DNA from: Escherichia phage F2
Sequence record: NC_054913.1
DNA length: 64,000 nt
Reading direction: 5' to 3' (one strand)
The translations under genes and the position numbers were made by a program. Position 1 is the first letter of the stretch. Each line of letters begins with the position of its first letter. Of this stretch, positions 48,302 through 59,507 are shown piece after piece. The notes beneath the pieces are model-generated. The model made no database searches, was not told the DNA's origin, and was given only the letters and a program-made list of their open reading frames with translations.

Positions 48302-49219
48302 ATGGATTTAGAAATGATGTTGGATGAAGATTACAAAGAAGGTATTGCACTTGCCGACTTTAGTAACATTGCATTGGCAGCCGCATTAAACAACTTTGAA
48401 GACGGCGATAAAATTACTGTTCCGATGGTTCGCCATGTAATCTTGAATTCAATTCGTAAAAACGTGGTGATGTTCCGTAAGCAAGGCTATACAAAATTTG
48501 TATTGTGTATGGATAATGCTACTTCAGGTTATTGGCGTCGTGACTTTGCTTACTACTACAAGAAAAATCGTAAAACCGATCGTGAAGCTTCAAAGTGGGA
48601 TTGGGAAGGATATTTTACTGCGCTCCGTCAAGTTGTTGATGAGATTAAGAAATACATGCCATACGTTGTAATGGATATTGACAAATATGAAGCGGATGAC
48701 CATATCGGTGTATTAACTAAATATTTGTCATTAGCTGGACATAAGGTATGTATTGTTGCATCAGATGGTGACTTTACACAATTACACAAATATCCTAACG
48801 TTAAACAGTGGTCGCCACCACAGAAAAAATGGGTTAAAATTAAGAACGGTTCTGCTGAAATTGATTGCATGACTAAAATTCTTAAAGGTGACCGTAAAGA
48901 CGGCGTTGCATCTGTTCGAGTTCGTGGCGACTTCTGGTTTACCAGAGTTGATGGTGAACGAACTCCGAGCATGAAAACAACGATTATTGAAGCAATTGCC
49001 AATGACCGTTCTCAAGCTGAAGTATTATTAAGTGCAGAAGAATATAAACGGTACCAAGAAAATTTGGTTCTCATTGATTTTGATTATATCCCTGATAATA
49101 TTGCTTCAACCATTATAGAGTATTATAACTCATATAAACCACAACCTAAAGGCAAGATTTATTCATACTTTGTAAAATCTGGTCTTTCTAAATTAACAAG
49201 TGTAATTAATGAATTCTGA
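48302..49219 (+). CDS. rnh: RNase H (5'-3' exonuclease/flap endonuclease)
   Basis: 305 aa, same as T4 RNase H; acidic clusters (DFSNIA, MDID, VASDGDF) typical of FEN-family; syntenic next to gene 34. Confidence 0.85.
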   Translation: MDLEMMLDEDYKEGIALADFSNIALAAALNNFEDGDKITVPMVRHVILNSIRKNVVMFRKQGYTKFVLCMDNATSGYWRRDFAYYYKKNRKTDREASKWDWEGYFTALRQVVDEIKKYMPYVVMDIDKYEADDHIGVLTKYLSLAGHKVCIVASDGDFTQLHKYPNVKQWSPPQKKWVKIKNGSAEIDCMTKILKGDRKDGVASVRVRGDFWFTRVDGERTPSMKTTIIEAIANDRSQAEVLLSAEEYKRYQENLVLIDFDYIPDNIASTIIEYYNSYKPQPKGKIYSYFVKSGLSKLTSVINEF

Positions 49220-49226
49220 GGTAAAC

Positions 49227-49496
49227 ATGGCTAAGAAAGAAGCAGTTGAATTTAATCAAGATGTGCATGGTGAAGAACTGGCTAAACTAGTCAAGGAAGC
49301 TTCCGATAACAAACTTAAAATTTCTGGTTATAATGAACTGATTAAAGACATTCGTACTCGTGCTAAAGAAGAGCTTGGCGTCGATGGAAAAATGTTTAAT
49401 CGTTTGTTAGCTCTTTATCATAAAGACGCTCGTGACCAATTTGAAGCTGAAAACGAAGAGGTAGTCGAGCTTTATGACACAGTTTTCACTAAGTGA
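49227..49496 (+). CDS. dsbA: dsDNA-binding protein DsbA (late transcription enhancer)
   Basis: MAKKEAVEFNQDVHGEELAKLVKEASDNKLKISGYNELIKDIR... matches T4 DsbA (89 aa). Confidence 0.85.
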   Translation: MAKKEAVEFNQDVHGEELAKLVKEASDNKLKISGYNELIKDIRTRAKEELGVDGKMFNRLLALYHKDARDQFEAENEEVVELYDTVFTK

Positions 49497-49812
49497 TATT
49501 AAACCGGTTGATGAGGCCGGTTTATCTGAACAAGAATTAGCAGTAAAACACGATAAAGATGATATCGCTAAATTGCTTGACAGACAAGAAAACGGATTCA
49601 TTATCGAATCCATGGTTGAACAATTTGGTATGTCTTATTTAGAAGCAACAACTGCTTTCTTGGAAGAAAATTCTATTCCAGAAACACAATTTGCTAAATT
49701 TATTCCTACAGGAATTGTTGAAAAAATTACAAGCGAAGCAATTGACGAAAACATGCTTCGCCCATCAGTTGCTCGTGGCGAAAAAACTAATACGTTAGAT
49801 TTCTTATTATGA
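49474..49812 (+). CDS. 33: gp33 late transcription co-activator
   Basis: MTQFSLSDIKPVDEAGLSEQEL...EENSIPETQFAKFIP...KTNTLDFLL matches T4 gp33 (112 aa). Confidence 0.9.
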   Translation: MTQFSLSDIKPVDEAGLSEQELAVKHDKDDIAKLLDRQENGFIIESMVEQFGMSYLEATTAFLEENSIPETQFAKFIPTGIVEKITSEAIDENMLRPSVARGEKTNTLDFLL

Positions 49813-50462
49813 TTAAAATACGCATGCCTCCTGATGGAGAACGTTATATTAATGGAAAATCGGTATATAAACTATACTTGATGTGCAAAAACCATTTTGG
49901 TGGTCGGTATGACGTAATCAAATATAACTGGTGCATGCGTGTTTCTGATAATGCGTATCAAAAACGCCGAGATAAATATTTCTTTGAAAAACTATCAGAG
50001 AAATATAAATTGAAGGAACTCACCTTGATATTCATAAGCAACTTAGTTGCTAACCAAGACGCATGGATTGGTGAGATATCAGACGCTGATGCATTAGTTT
50101 TCTATAGGGAATATATTGGACGTCTCAAACAAGCTAAAGAGACGTTTGCTGAAGATGTACGTAACATCTACTATTTCAGTAAGAAAGTTGAAGTTAGTGC
50201 GCTTCAAGAGATATTTGATTATAATAACAACGTTCAGTCGAGCTACATATTCAAATTGCTACAAAGCAATATAATTTCATTTGAGACTTTCTTATTGTTG
50301 GACTCATTTTTGAATATTATAGATAAGCACGACGAACTCACCGATAACTTAGTCTGGCAAAATTATTCTACCAGATTAAAGGCATATCGAAAAATACTTC
50401 AAATCGATGGAAATGCTGCTAAGAAATTGTTCATAGAAACAATCAAATCATGTAAGTATTAA
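49809..50462 (+). CDS. 59: gp59 helicase loader
   Basis: 217 aa, MIKIRMPPDGERYINGKSVYKLYLM...; size and position match T4 gp59. Confidence 0.85.
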   Translation: MIKIRMPPDGERYINGKSVYKLYLMCKNHFGGRYDVIKYNWCMRVSDNAYQKRRDKYFFEKLSEKYKLKELTLIFISNLVANQDAWIGEISDADALVFYREYIGRLKQAKETFAEDVRNIYYFSKKVEVSALQEIFDYNNNVQSSYIFKLLQSNIISFETFLLLDSFLNIIDKHDELTDNLVWQNYSTRLKAYRKILQIDGNAAKKLFIETIKSCKY

Positions 50463-50490
50463 GCTTTATTTCTTGTGTGTTAAATTACTT

Positions 50491-50498
50491 TATAAATA
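50491..50498 (+). promoter_or_regulatory. late promoter TATAAATA upstream of gene 32
   Basis: Exact TATAAATA about 78 nt upstream of gene 32 ATG. Confidence 0.5.
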
Positions 50499-50534
50499 AA
50501 TCATACCAGCTACGAGGTATAAGTGTCGTAGCAA

Positions 50535-50575
50535 CCAACTGTAAAATTTAATTAATCTAAATAAAGGCAAATAAA
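50535..50575 (+). promoter_or_regulatory. gene 32 translational operator (A/U-rich autoregulatory leader)
   Basis: aaaatttaattaatctaaataaaggcaaataaa immediately 5' of gene 32 ATG, resembling the T4 UUAAA-repeat operator bound by gp32. Confidence 0.45.
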
Positions 50576-51475
50576 ATGTTTAAACGTAAAAGTACCGCAG
50601 ACCTCGCAGCTCAGATGGCTAAACTGAATGGTAACAAAGGTTTCTCTTCAGAAGATAAAGGTGAATGGAAGCTGAAACTCGATGCGTCCGGTAATGGTCA
50701 AGCGGTAATTCGTTTCCTGCCGGCAAAAACAGATGACGCACTTCCGTTTGCAATTCTTGTTAACCACGGGTTCAAGAAAAATGGTAAATGGTATATTGAA
50801 ACCTGTTCATCTACACACGGCGATTACGACTCTTGTCCGGTATGTCAGTACATTAGTAAAAATGACCTGTACAATACAAACAAAACAGAATATTCTCAAC
50901 TGAAACGTAAAACTTCTTATTGGGCTAATATCCTGGTTGTTAAAGACCCACAAGCTCCAGATAATGAAGGTAAAGTATTCAAATATCGTTTCGGTAAAAA
51001 GATTTGGGACAAAATCAATGCAATGATTGCAGTCGATACTGAAATGGGTGAAACTCCTGTTGATGTAACTTGCCCATGGGAAGGTGCTAACTTTGTGCTG
51101 AAAGTTAAACAGGTTTCTGGTTTCAGTAACTACGACGAATCTAAATTCCTGAATCAATCTGCGATTCCAAACATTGATGATGAATCTTTCCAGAAAGAAT
51201 TGTTCGAACAAATGGTTGACCTTTCTGAAATGACTTCTAAAGATAAGTTCAAATCGTTTGAAGAATTGAATACTAAATTTACTCAAGTTCTTGGTACTGC
51301 CGCTCTTGGTGGTGCAGCAGCTGCCGCAGCTTCTGTTGCAGATAAAGTTGCTTCTGACCTCGACGATTTTGATAAAGACATGGAAGCCTTTAGTTCTGCA
51401 AAAACTGAAGATGACTTCATGAGTTCCTCGTCTTCTGACGATGGCGACCTCGATGACCTGTTAGCTGGTCTATAA
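50576..51475 (+). CDS. 32: ssDNA-binding protein gp32
   Basis: [36 protein letters not shown]... with near-identity to T4 gp32 through the acidic C-terminus. Confidence 0.95.
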   Translation: MFKRKSTADLAAQMAKLNGNKGFSSEDKGEWKLKLDASGNGQAVIRFLPAKTDDALPFAILVNHGFKKNGKWYIETCSSTHGDYDSCPVCQYISKNDLYNTNKTEYSQLKRKTSYWANILVVKDPQAPDNEGKVFKYRFGKKIWDKINAMIAVDTEMGETPVDVTCPWEGANFVLKVKQVSGFSNYDESKFLNQSAIPNIDDESFQKELFEQMVDLSEMTSKDKFKSFEELNTKFTQVLGTAALGGAAAAAASVADKVASDLDDFDKDMEAFSSAKTEDDFMSSSSSDDGDLDDLLAGL

Positions 51476-51481
51476 TAAATT

Positions 51482-51504
51482 GGGAGACTTCGGTCTCCCT
51501 TTTG
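51482..51504 (+). terminator. rho-independent terminator after gene 32
   Basis: gggagacttcggtctccc + tttt. Confidence 0.75.
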
Positions 51505-51533
51505 AGTATCTGTAAATTGCCAAAAAAAAAGTT

Positions 51534-51562
51534 GTTTACTTCTTCCCTAGATGTGATATTAT
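51534..51562 (+). promoter_or_regulatory. T4-type early promoter module
   Basis: gtttac-N17-tattatagttctatcaa. Confidence 0.45.
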
Positions 51563-51591
51563 AGTTCTATCAACAACATGAGGAAATCAAA

Positions 51592-51984
51592 ATGGAAATC
51601 GGAAAATCTTATATCATTAACCCTTTATTTAAAGACGACTTTGTTCAAGAAGCACCACACAATAACGCTAAGATGTTAAAATTGATTGAACTCCACGGGC
51701 CTAGTTTTGTTGTAAACGGAATGGAACCTGATTATGATAGCGATACGTCAAACGTAGTAAGTGTAACTATGGAAGATGGTACTGTATGTTCTGCCGGTGG
51801 TGGAATTGAAACTTATTTTGAGATTTATCCTGACGAGTTCAAATACTTTATTGAGGTAGATTTAGTAAAGCCTCAACCTACTAACGAAGGTATAACTTTA
51901 GGTGTAACAAAAATCCATTGTATCGTAGACGAAACCAACGTCGACGAAATCATCAAACTTTTGCAAAAAACTTTTAAAAAGTAG
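51592..51984 (+). CDS. hypothetical protein
   Basis: 130 aa ORF. Confidence 0.45.
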   Translation: MEIGKSYIINPLFKDDFVQEAPHNNAKMLKLIELHGPSFVVNGMEPDYDSDTSNVVSVTMEDGTVCSAGGGIETYFEIYPDEFKYFIEVDLVKPQPTNEGITLGVTKIHCIVDETNVDEIIKLLQKTFKK

Positions 51985-52013
51985 TTTATAACAAGATAGG
52001 GCTATGTTATAGT
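51984..52013 (+). promoter_or_regulatory. early promoter-like module (GTTTAT, TATAGT)
   Basis: gtttat ... tatagtagccctatcaa. Confidence 0.4.
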
Positions 52014-52045
52014 AGCCCTATCAAATAAAAGTGAAGGAGAATAAA

Positions 52046-52288
52046 ATGAGATTGCAACGCCAGAGCATCAAAGATTCTGAAGTTAGAGGTAAATGGTACT
52101 TCAACATCGTCGGTAAAGACGCTGAACTTGTTGAAAAAGCTGAACATCTTTTACGCGATATGGGTTGGGAAGATGAATGCGATGGATGTCCACTCTATGA
52201 AGATGGTGAAAGTGCAGGATTCTGGATTTACCACTCTGACATTGAATCGTTTAAAGCTGATTGGAAAATTGTGAAAAAGTCTGTTTGA
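52046..52288 (+). CDS. hypothetical protein
   Basis: SD AAGGAGA before ATG at 52046. Confidence 0.45.
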   Translation: MRLQRQSIKDSEVRGKWYFNIVGKDAELVEKAEHLLRDMGWEDECDGCPLYEDGESAGFWIYHSDIESFKADWKIVKKSV

Positions 52289-52299
52289 GGAAAAATAAT

Positions 52300-52542
52300 A
52301 TGATTTTTGTATTTGAATTTATGAATGACGAATTCGATTATGCAATTTTTAACGCATTGCATAATCCCGATTTAAGTGAATTTAATGAAATGTTTTCTGA
52401 CGCTTTGAGTATGTCAGAAGAATACTGCGGAGAATGTCAACGTGTTTGTGTGACAGTTTTTGAAAACAAAGAAAAGACATATGAAGAGTTATTCTTTGAC
52501 GCTAATAAAGCCACTGAATGGTTTATTGAAAAGGGGTTTTGA
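52300..52542 (+). CDS. hypothetical protein
   Basis: SD GAGGA before ATG. Confidence 0.45.
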   Translation: MIFVFEFMNDEFDYAIFNALHNPDLSEFNEMFSDALSMSEEYCGECQRVCVTVFENKEKTYEELFFDANKATEWFIEKGF

Positions 52543-53500
<958 letters not shown>

Positions 53501-53513
53501 TTATAGGTGCTAA

Positions 53514-54374
53514 ATGAAACAATATCAAGATTTAATTAAAAATATCCTTGAAAACGGCTATGAAACAGACGACCGTACAGGCACAGGAACAATTGCCCTG
53601 TTCGGAACTAAATTACGTTGGGACCTGACTAAAGGATTCCCTGCAGTAACAACTAAGAAATTAGCATGGAAAGCTTGTATTGCCGAACTACTGTGGTTCA
53701 TGTCCGGTTCTACTAATGTTAACGAATTACGTCTTCGTACCCATGGTAGTCTAATTGAAGGTAAAACTATTTGGGACGATAATTACGAAAATCAGGCAAA
53801 AGACCTTGGGTACCATAGCGGTGAACTTGGTCCTATATATGGTAAACAATGGCGTGATTTCGGCGGTGTAGACCAATTAGTTGAAACAATCGACCGTATT
53901 AAAAAATTACCAACTGATCGTCGTCAAATTGTTTCTGCCTGGAATCCAGCTGAAATAAATCAAATGGCACTTCCTCCTTGCCATATGTTCTACCAGTTCA
54001 ATGTGCGTAATGGTCATCTTGATTTACAATGGTATCAACGCAGTGTAGATGTTTTCTTGGGCCTGCCGTTCAACATTGCCTCGTACGCTGCCTTGACGCA
54101 TATTGTAGCGAAGATGTGTAACCTTATCCCAGGTGATTTAGTGTTCTCAGGCGGCAACACGCATATCTACAGCAATCATGTAGAACAATGCAAAGAAGTT
54201 TTACGACGTGAGCCTAAAGAACTGTGTGAATTAGTTATTAACGGATTACCATACAAATTTAGACATCTATCAACCGAAGAACAAATCGAATATGTATTAA
54301 AACTTCGTCCTAAAGACTTTATTCTTAAAAATTACGAATCACATCCAGCTATCAAAGCTAAAATGGCGGTATAA
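53514..54374 (+). CDS. td: thymidylate synthase (uninterrupted, no intron)
   Basis: 286 aa continuous ORF with TS catalytic PCH and RSVDVFLGLPFNIASYA motifs. Confidence 0.95.
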   Translation: MKQYQDLIKNILENGYETDDRTGTGTIALFGTKLRWDLTKGFPAVTTKKLAWKACIAELLWFMSGSTNVNELRLRTHGSLIEGKTIWDDNYENQAKDLGYHSGELGPIYGKQWRDFGGVDQLVETIDRIKKLPTDRRQIVSAWNPAEINQMALPPCHMFYQFNVRNGHLDLQWYQRSVDVFLGLPFNIASYAALTHIVAKMCNLIPGDLVFSGGNTHIYSNHVEQCKEVLRREPKELCELVINGLPYKFRHLSTEEQIEYVLKLRPKDFILKNYESHPAIKAKMAV

Positions 54375-54375
54375 A

Positions 54376-54630
54376 ATGATTTTACGTTTTATTAATTCAT
54401 ACGGCACCACAATTTTTGAAATGAAAAATCCTACCGAACTAGATATCCCTTCACCAAATAGTGAAATCACAGTTAAAGGTGAACGATTCGTTTGTTATTC
54501 ACATGAACGAATTTATGAATATCGTGAATTTTGTGGTGGTTACGGTATGGAAAAAGAACCAGTGGTTTATTTCGATATCACGGTCTTGACTCCTAAAGAA
54601 TACAAAGAAATTATTGCTAAGAATAATTAA
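54376..54630 (+). CDS. hypothetical protein
   Basis: 84 aa ORF. Confidence 0.45.
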   Translation: MILRFINSYGTTIFEMKNPTELDIPSPNSEITVKGERFVCYSHERIYEYREFCGGYGMEKEPVVYFDITVLTPKEYKEIIAKNN

Positions 54631-54717
54631 CGCTTCAGTTTAAAAGTGTATAATAAATTAACGGGATAAATACTATCCCGTTTGGAGTAATGTCTATCAA
54701 CCTATACTGAGGAATAT

Positions 54718-56142
54718 ATGCAAGTAACTAAGAGCAGTGGGGTATCCCAAAATTTTGATGCACAGAAAATTATTCAAGTCTTAACTTGGCAATGTGAAGG
54801 AACACAAATTGACCCATATGAATTGTACGAAGAAATTAAGACCCATCTTGTTGACGGGATGAGCACCAAAGATATCCAGAAGATTTGTATTAAAGTTGCA
54901 GCTAACTCGATTTCTGTCGAAGAACCTGATTATCAGTATGTCGCCGCCAAAGGGCTAATGTTTGCACTTCGTAAAGATGTGTATGGGCAGTTTGAACCGC
55001 CTGCTTTTATCGACCATATTTCTTACTGTGTTAATGAAGGCAAATATGACCCTGAGCTGTTGTCTCAATATTCAGCAGAAGAAATCATTTATCTCGATTC
55101 ACAGATTAAACATGAACGAGACTTTGACCTGACTTATGCTGGTGCTATGCAGCTTAAAGAAAAATATCTAGTTAAAGATAAAACAACTGGAAAGATTTAT
55201 GAAACTCCTCAGTTTGCTATCATGGCTATTGGTATGGCCTTACACCAAGACGAAACCCATGACCGTTTGAAACATATTATTCGTTTTTATGATGCCGTTT
55301 CTACTCATCAAGTTTCATTGCCAACCCCAATTATGGCGGGTGCTCGTACTCCAACTCGCCAGTTCTCTAGTTGTGTAGTTATTGAAGCAGGTGATTCGTT
55401 AAAATCTATTAACAAAACTTCAGCATCAATTATTGAATATATTTCTAAACGAGCTGGTATCGGTATCAACGTTGGTATGCTTCGTGCAGAAGGTTCTAAG
55501 ATCGGTATGGGCGAAGTTCGACATACGGGTGTTATTCCGTTCTGGAAACATTTCCAAACTGCAGTAAAATCTTGTTCTCAAGGTGGTATTCGTGGTGGTG
55601 CTGCTACAGCGTATTATCCGATGTGGCACTTAGAAGTAGAGAACCTATTAGTTCTGAAAAATAACAAAGGCGTGGATGAAAACCGTATTCGACATATGGA
55701 CTACGGAATTCAGATTAATGACCTTATGATGGAACGCCTTGGTAAAAATGATTATATTACTTTATTTAGCCCTCACGAAATGTCAGGCGAACTATACTAC
55801 TCATTCTTTGAAGATCAAGATAAATTCCGTGAGCTTTATGAGAAAGCTGAAAAAGACCCGACAATCAGAAAGAAAAGAATCAAAGCACTAGAACTCTTTG
55901 AATTGTTCATGACTGAACGTTCTGGTACTGCTCGAATTTATCCTCAGTTCGTTGATAACACTAACAACTTCACACCATTTATTCGTGAAAAAGCTCCAAT
56001 TCGTCAGAGTAACTTATGTTGTGAAATCGCTATTCCAACTAATGATGTGAATAGTCAACAAACCCGTTTAATTAAAATTAAGAAGTCGGATGTAGCTAAG
56101 TTTTATGAAGCTAATCCTGGCGGTATAATTCAAAGCAAATAA
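54718..56142 (+). CDS. nrdA: ribonucleotide reductase large subunit, N-terminal piece (NrdA-a)
   Basis: Class Ia NrdA N-terminal and catalytic region ending with active-site SNLCCEIAIPT then 29 non-conserved residues and stop. Confidence 0.85.
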   Translation: MQVTKSSGVSQNFDAQKIIQVLTWQCEGTQIDPYELYEEIKTHLVDGMSTKDIQKICIKVAANSISVEEPDYQYVAAKGLMFALRKDVYGQFEPPAFIDHISYCVNEGKYDPELLSQYSAEEIIYLDSQIKHERDFDLTYAGAMQLKEKYLVKDKTTGKIYETPQFAIMAIGMALHQDETHDRLKHIIRFYDAVSTHQVSLPTPIMAGARTPTRQFSSCVVIEAGDSLKSINKTSASIIEYISKRAGIGINVGMLRAEGSKIGMGEVRHTGVIPFWKHFQTAVKSCSQGGIRGGAATAYYPMWHLEVENLLVLKNNKGVDENRIRHMDYGIQINDLMMERLGKNDYITLFSPHEMSGELYYSFFEDQDKFRELYEKAEKDPTIRKKRIKALELFELFMTERSGTARIYPQFVDNTNNFTPFIREKAPIRQSNLCCEIAIPTNDVNSQQTRLIKIKKSDVAKFYEANPGGIIQSK

Positions 56143-56187
56143 AGTACACAGACCGTTAATAAATAATCCATAACAAGAGGAAAAGTT

Positions 56188-56898
56188 ATGGATTATTCTA
56201 AAATTTACAATAACCTTATTTCTAAAGCTAAGAACAGAAAATTAGATTGCTATACCGAATCACATCATATTATACCTCTGTGTATTGGTGGTTCTGATAC
56301 AAAGGAAAACCTGGTAGATTTGACACCAGAAGAGCATTACATAGCTCATCAATTATTAGTAAAGATATATCCAGATAATCATAAATTGATATTTGCCGCT
56401 AATATGATGTGTGTTTATTCTGAAGATAATATTGAACGAAAGAACACCAATAAACGACATGGGTGGCTTAGAAGAAAATTGGCTATTTCTGTATCTGAAA
56501 ATAATAAAGGCAAACCGGCCTGGAACAAAGGTATTCCTATGTCTCCAGAAGTTAAATCTCGACTTCAAACAACTTGGGTATTTACTTTCCCGGACGGTCA
56601 TGAAGAAATCCATAAAGGCCTAAGAGAATTTTGCGAACTACATTCACTCAATGCTTCGGCAATGTCGGCCGTATGCAAAGGCAAAAGGTCTCAACATAAA
56701 GGCTTTAAGTGTCGAAAGCTTGATAATATCTCTGAAAACGATAATCAAGAATACGTCAGTAAACCTCATCCAAAGGGATTAAAACCTCATAACTTAATTG
56801 CTGTAAAAATAAACGGTATAGAATATCAATCAATACATCGAGCATCTAAAGCTTTAGGAATTACTAGAAAAAAGGTAGAAGAATTAAATGAATATTGA
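56188..56898 (+). CDS. HNH homing endonuclease (MobE-like) interrupting nrdA
   Basis: HNH motif ESHHIIPLCIGGSDTKENLVDLTPEEHYIAH; own SD AAGAGGAA; lies between the two nrdA pieces. Confidence 0.8.
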   Translation: MDYSKIYNNLISKAKNRKLDCYTESHHIIPLCIGGSDTKENLVDLTPEEHYIAHQLLVKIYPDNHKLIFAANMMCVYSEDNIERKNTNKRHGWLRRKLAISVSENNKGKPAWNKGIPMSPEVKSRLQTTWVFTFPDGHEEIHKGLREFCELHSLNASAMSAVCKGKRSQHKGFKCRKLDNISENDNQEYVSKPHPKGLKPHNLIAVKINGIEYQSIHRASKALGITRKKVEELNEY

Positions 56899-57877
56899 TT
56901 ATGAATTTGTAGATGAATTTTACGAAGATGATGAGTATACAACAATACAAGTTATTGAAAACAGGGGAGAAGTGGGGCTTTGTACCCTTAGCGCATTTGT
57001 GTTAGATAACTTCGATTGGCAAGACCAAGATAAAATTAATGAACTTGCTGAAGTACAAGTACGTGCACTTGATAACCTGTTAGACTATCAAGATTATCCG
57101 GTTCCAGAAGCTTTAAAAGCTAAAAAGCGTCGTAATCTGGGTGTTGGTGTTACGAACTATGCAGCTTGGTTAGCAAGCAACTTTGCTTCTTATGAAGACG
57201 CAAACGATTTAACTCATGAACTGTTTGAGAGATTACAATATGGGCTTATCCGAGCATCAATCAAGTTGGCCGAAGAAAAAGGACCTTGCGAGTATTATTC
57301 AGACACTAAATGGTCTCGAGGCGAATTACCTATCGACTGGTACAATAAAAAGATTGACCAAATCGCAGCTCCAAACTACGTTTGTGACTGGGAAGAACTT
57401 CGAGCTGAACTCAAAGAACATGGAATTCGTAACTCAACGTTGTCTGCACTCATGCCTTGTGAGTCAAGCAGTCAAGTATCGAACTCTACAAATGGGATTG
57501 AGCCCCCACGTGGTCCAGTAAGTATTAAAGAATCTAAAGAAGGCAACTTCCGTCAGGTTGTTCCTAATATCGAACATAACGTGGGTCTTTATGACTACGC
57601 GTGGAAACTTGCTAAGAAAGGTAATAAACCTTATTTGACCCAAGTTGCTATCATGTTGAAATGGGTGTGCCAATCTGCTTCTGCTAATACTTACTATGAC
57701 CCTGCGGTATTTGAGAAAGGTAAAGTGCCAATGTCGGTAATGCTTGACGATCTGCTTTACTTCTGGTACTTTGGTGGAAAAAACCTCTACTATCATAACA
57801 CTCGTGATGGGTCAGGTACAGATGACTATGAATTAGAAACACCTAAAGCTGAAGATTGTTCTGCTTGTAAGCTTTAA
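56888..57877 (+). CDS. nrdA: ribonucleotide reductase large subunit, C-terminal piece (NrdA-b)
   Basis: Continues conserved NrdA sequence (GEVGLCTLSAF...NSTLSALMPCESSSQVSNSTNGIEPP...) to the C-terminal Cys pair; start overlaps HNH gene end. Confidence 0.85.
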   Translation: MNIDYEFVDEFYEDDEYTTIQVIENRGEVGLCTLSAFVLDNFDWQDQDKINELAEVQVRALDNLLDYQDYPVPEALKAKKRRNLGVGVTNYAAWLASNFASYEDANDLTHELFERLQYGLIRASIKLAEEKGPCEYYSDTKWSRGELPIDWYNKKIDQIAAPNYVCDWEELRAELKEHGIRNSTLSALMPCESSSQVSNSTNGIEPPRGPVSIKESKEGNFRQVVPNIEHNVGLYDYAWKLAKKGNKPYLTQVAIMLKWVCQSASANTYYDPAVFEKGKVPMSVMLDDLLYFWYFGGKNLYYHNTRDGSGTDDYELETPKAEDCSACKL

Positions 57878-57930
57878 GACTTTTGATTATAATTTACTCA
57901 TGGATGAGTTAAACTAAGTGAGAAAATATA

Positions 57931-59070
57931 ATGAGTACAGTTTTTAACACACGACAAGTCGATGTTTTGAATGAACCGATGTTCTTTGGTTCTGGTCTTG
58001 GTATTGCGCGTTATGATATTCAACGCCATAAAGTTTTTGAAGATTTGACCGAAAAGCAATTATCGTTTTTTTGGCGCCCAGAAGAGGTAAACTTGATGTT
58101 GGACTCTGCGCAGTTCAATAAGCTTCCTCAGTTCCAACAGGACATCTTTACAAACAATCTTAAGTATCAATCATTATTAGATTCTATCCAAGGCAGGGCC
58201 CCATCTGCGGTACTTATGGCACTGATTTCCGACCCTTCATTAGATACGTGGGTTGCAACATGGACATTCAGTGAAACTATTCACTCTCGTTCGTATACTC
58301 ATATTATGCGAAATCTTTATACGGATCCATCTAAGGTATTTGATGAAATTGTATTAGACGAAGCAATCATGAAACGAGCTGGATCAATAGGTAAATATTA
58401 CGATGATGTTCTAGTCAAGACTCGCCTTTACCGGAATGCTTTAGAAGAATATCACGAGTTTAGCGAAGGCGTAAAACAGGCTAAATACGAACTAATGCGT
58501 TCTCTTTACCTCTGTCTGCACGTAATCAACGCTCTGGAAGCTATTCGTTTTTACGTATCATTTGCATGTACTTTCAACTTCCATAAAAATATGGAAATTA
58601 TGGAAGGTAATGCAAAGATTATGAAGTTCATTGCTCGTGACGAACAACTCCACCTCAAGGGTACTCAGTACATTATCCGTCAACTTCAATCTGGTACTGA
58701 TGGTGATGAGTGGGTTCAAATTGCTAAAGAATGTGAACAAGAAGCAGTTGACATTTTTATGGAAGTAAATAGACAAGAGAAGGAATGGGCTGCACACCTC
58801 TTTAAAGACGGTACATGCCCAGGTATCAATACGCAGAGTATGTGTGCTTTTGTTGATTACTTGACTGTGTCTCGTATGAAACAGTGTGGTTTGCCATGCC
58901 CAATCACTGATGCTCCGACCAAGCATCCGTATCCTTGGATTCGTGAATATCTGAACTCTGATTTAGTTCAAGCAGCTCCTCAGGAAGTTGAAATCAGTTC
59001 TTATCTTGTCGCACAAATTGATAATGATGTAGACCAAAATGTAATCAATTCATACAAAAAATATTTCTAA
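57931..59070 (+). CDS. nrdB: ribonucleotide reductase small subunit (uninterrupted)
   Basis: 379 aa; di-iron/tyrosyl radical protein motifs; syntenic. Confidence 0.9.
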   Translation: MSTVFNTRQVDVLNEPMFFGSGLGIARYDIQRHKVFEDLTEKQLSFFWRPEEVNLMLDSAQFNKLPQFQQDIFTNNLKYQSLLDSIQGRAPSAVLMALISDPSLDTWVATWTFSETIHSRSYTHIMRNLYTDPSKVFDEIVLDEAIMKRAGSIGKYYDDVLVKTRLYRNALEEYHEFSEGVKQAKYELMRSLYLCLHVINALEAIRFYVSFACTFNFHKNMEIMEGNAKIMKFIARDEQLHLKGTQYIIRQLQSGTDGDEWVQIAKECEQEAVDIFMEVNRQEKEWAAHLFKDGTCPGINTQSMCAFVDYLTVSRMKQCGLPCPITDAPTKHPYPWIREYLNSDLVQAAPQEVEISSYLVAQIDNDVDQNVINSYKKYF

Positions 59071-59074
59071 GGAC

Positions 59075-59096
59075 GGGACTTCGGTCCCACTTTATT
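59075..59096 (+). terminator. terminator-like hairpin after nrdB
   Basis: gggacttcggtccc + actttatt. Confidence 0.5.
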
Positions 59097-59507
59097 ATGA
59101 AAGATATTGCCGCCGAATATTCCTTTATTAAATATACAGAATTGGAGCTATTAGAAGATGCAACAATTAAAACAGTTGATGTCCCTAATAAGAAAAATGT
59201 CATATACGCTATTGCTATAGATGACGAACTTGTGTATATTGGTAAAACCAAGAATTTAAAGAAACGCATTAACTATTATCGAACAGCCATAAATCGAAAA
59301 GACCAGACTTCAGATTCAAGAAAATCACTTATGATTTTGGATGCCTTAATGCAAGGCAAAAAGGTTGAATTCTGGGCCCGCCAATGTTTTGACCTTTCAG
59401 TCACCAACGAACTTGGTTCAATGACCATCGCAACAATGGACCTTGAAGAACCGCTTTTTATCAAAAAGTTCAACCCGCCTTGGAATATCCAACATAAGAA
59501 AAAGTAG
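59097..59507 (+). CDS. denA: endonuclease II (GIY-YIG family)
   Basis: 136 aa; MKDIAAEYSFIKYTELEL...VIYAIAIDDELVYIGKTKNLKKRINYYRTAINRKD...FNPPWNIQHKKK matches T4 EndoII. Confidence 0.9.
   Translation: MKDIAAEYSFIKYTELELLEDATIKTVDVPNKKNVIYAIAIDDELVYIGKTKNLKKRINYYRTAINRKDQTSDSRKSLMILDALMQGKKVEFWARQCFDLSVTNELGSMTIATMDLEEPLFIKKFNPPWNIQHKKK

Noticed and set aside
56142-56900. Intein or group I intron interpretation of the nrdA interruption
   Set aside because: The HNH ORF is out of frame with its own RBS and stop codon, so not an intein; the non-ORF inserted sequence (about 190 nt) seems too short for a group I intron core. Intron not fully excluded, see finding.
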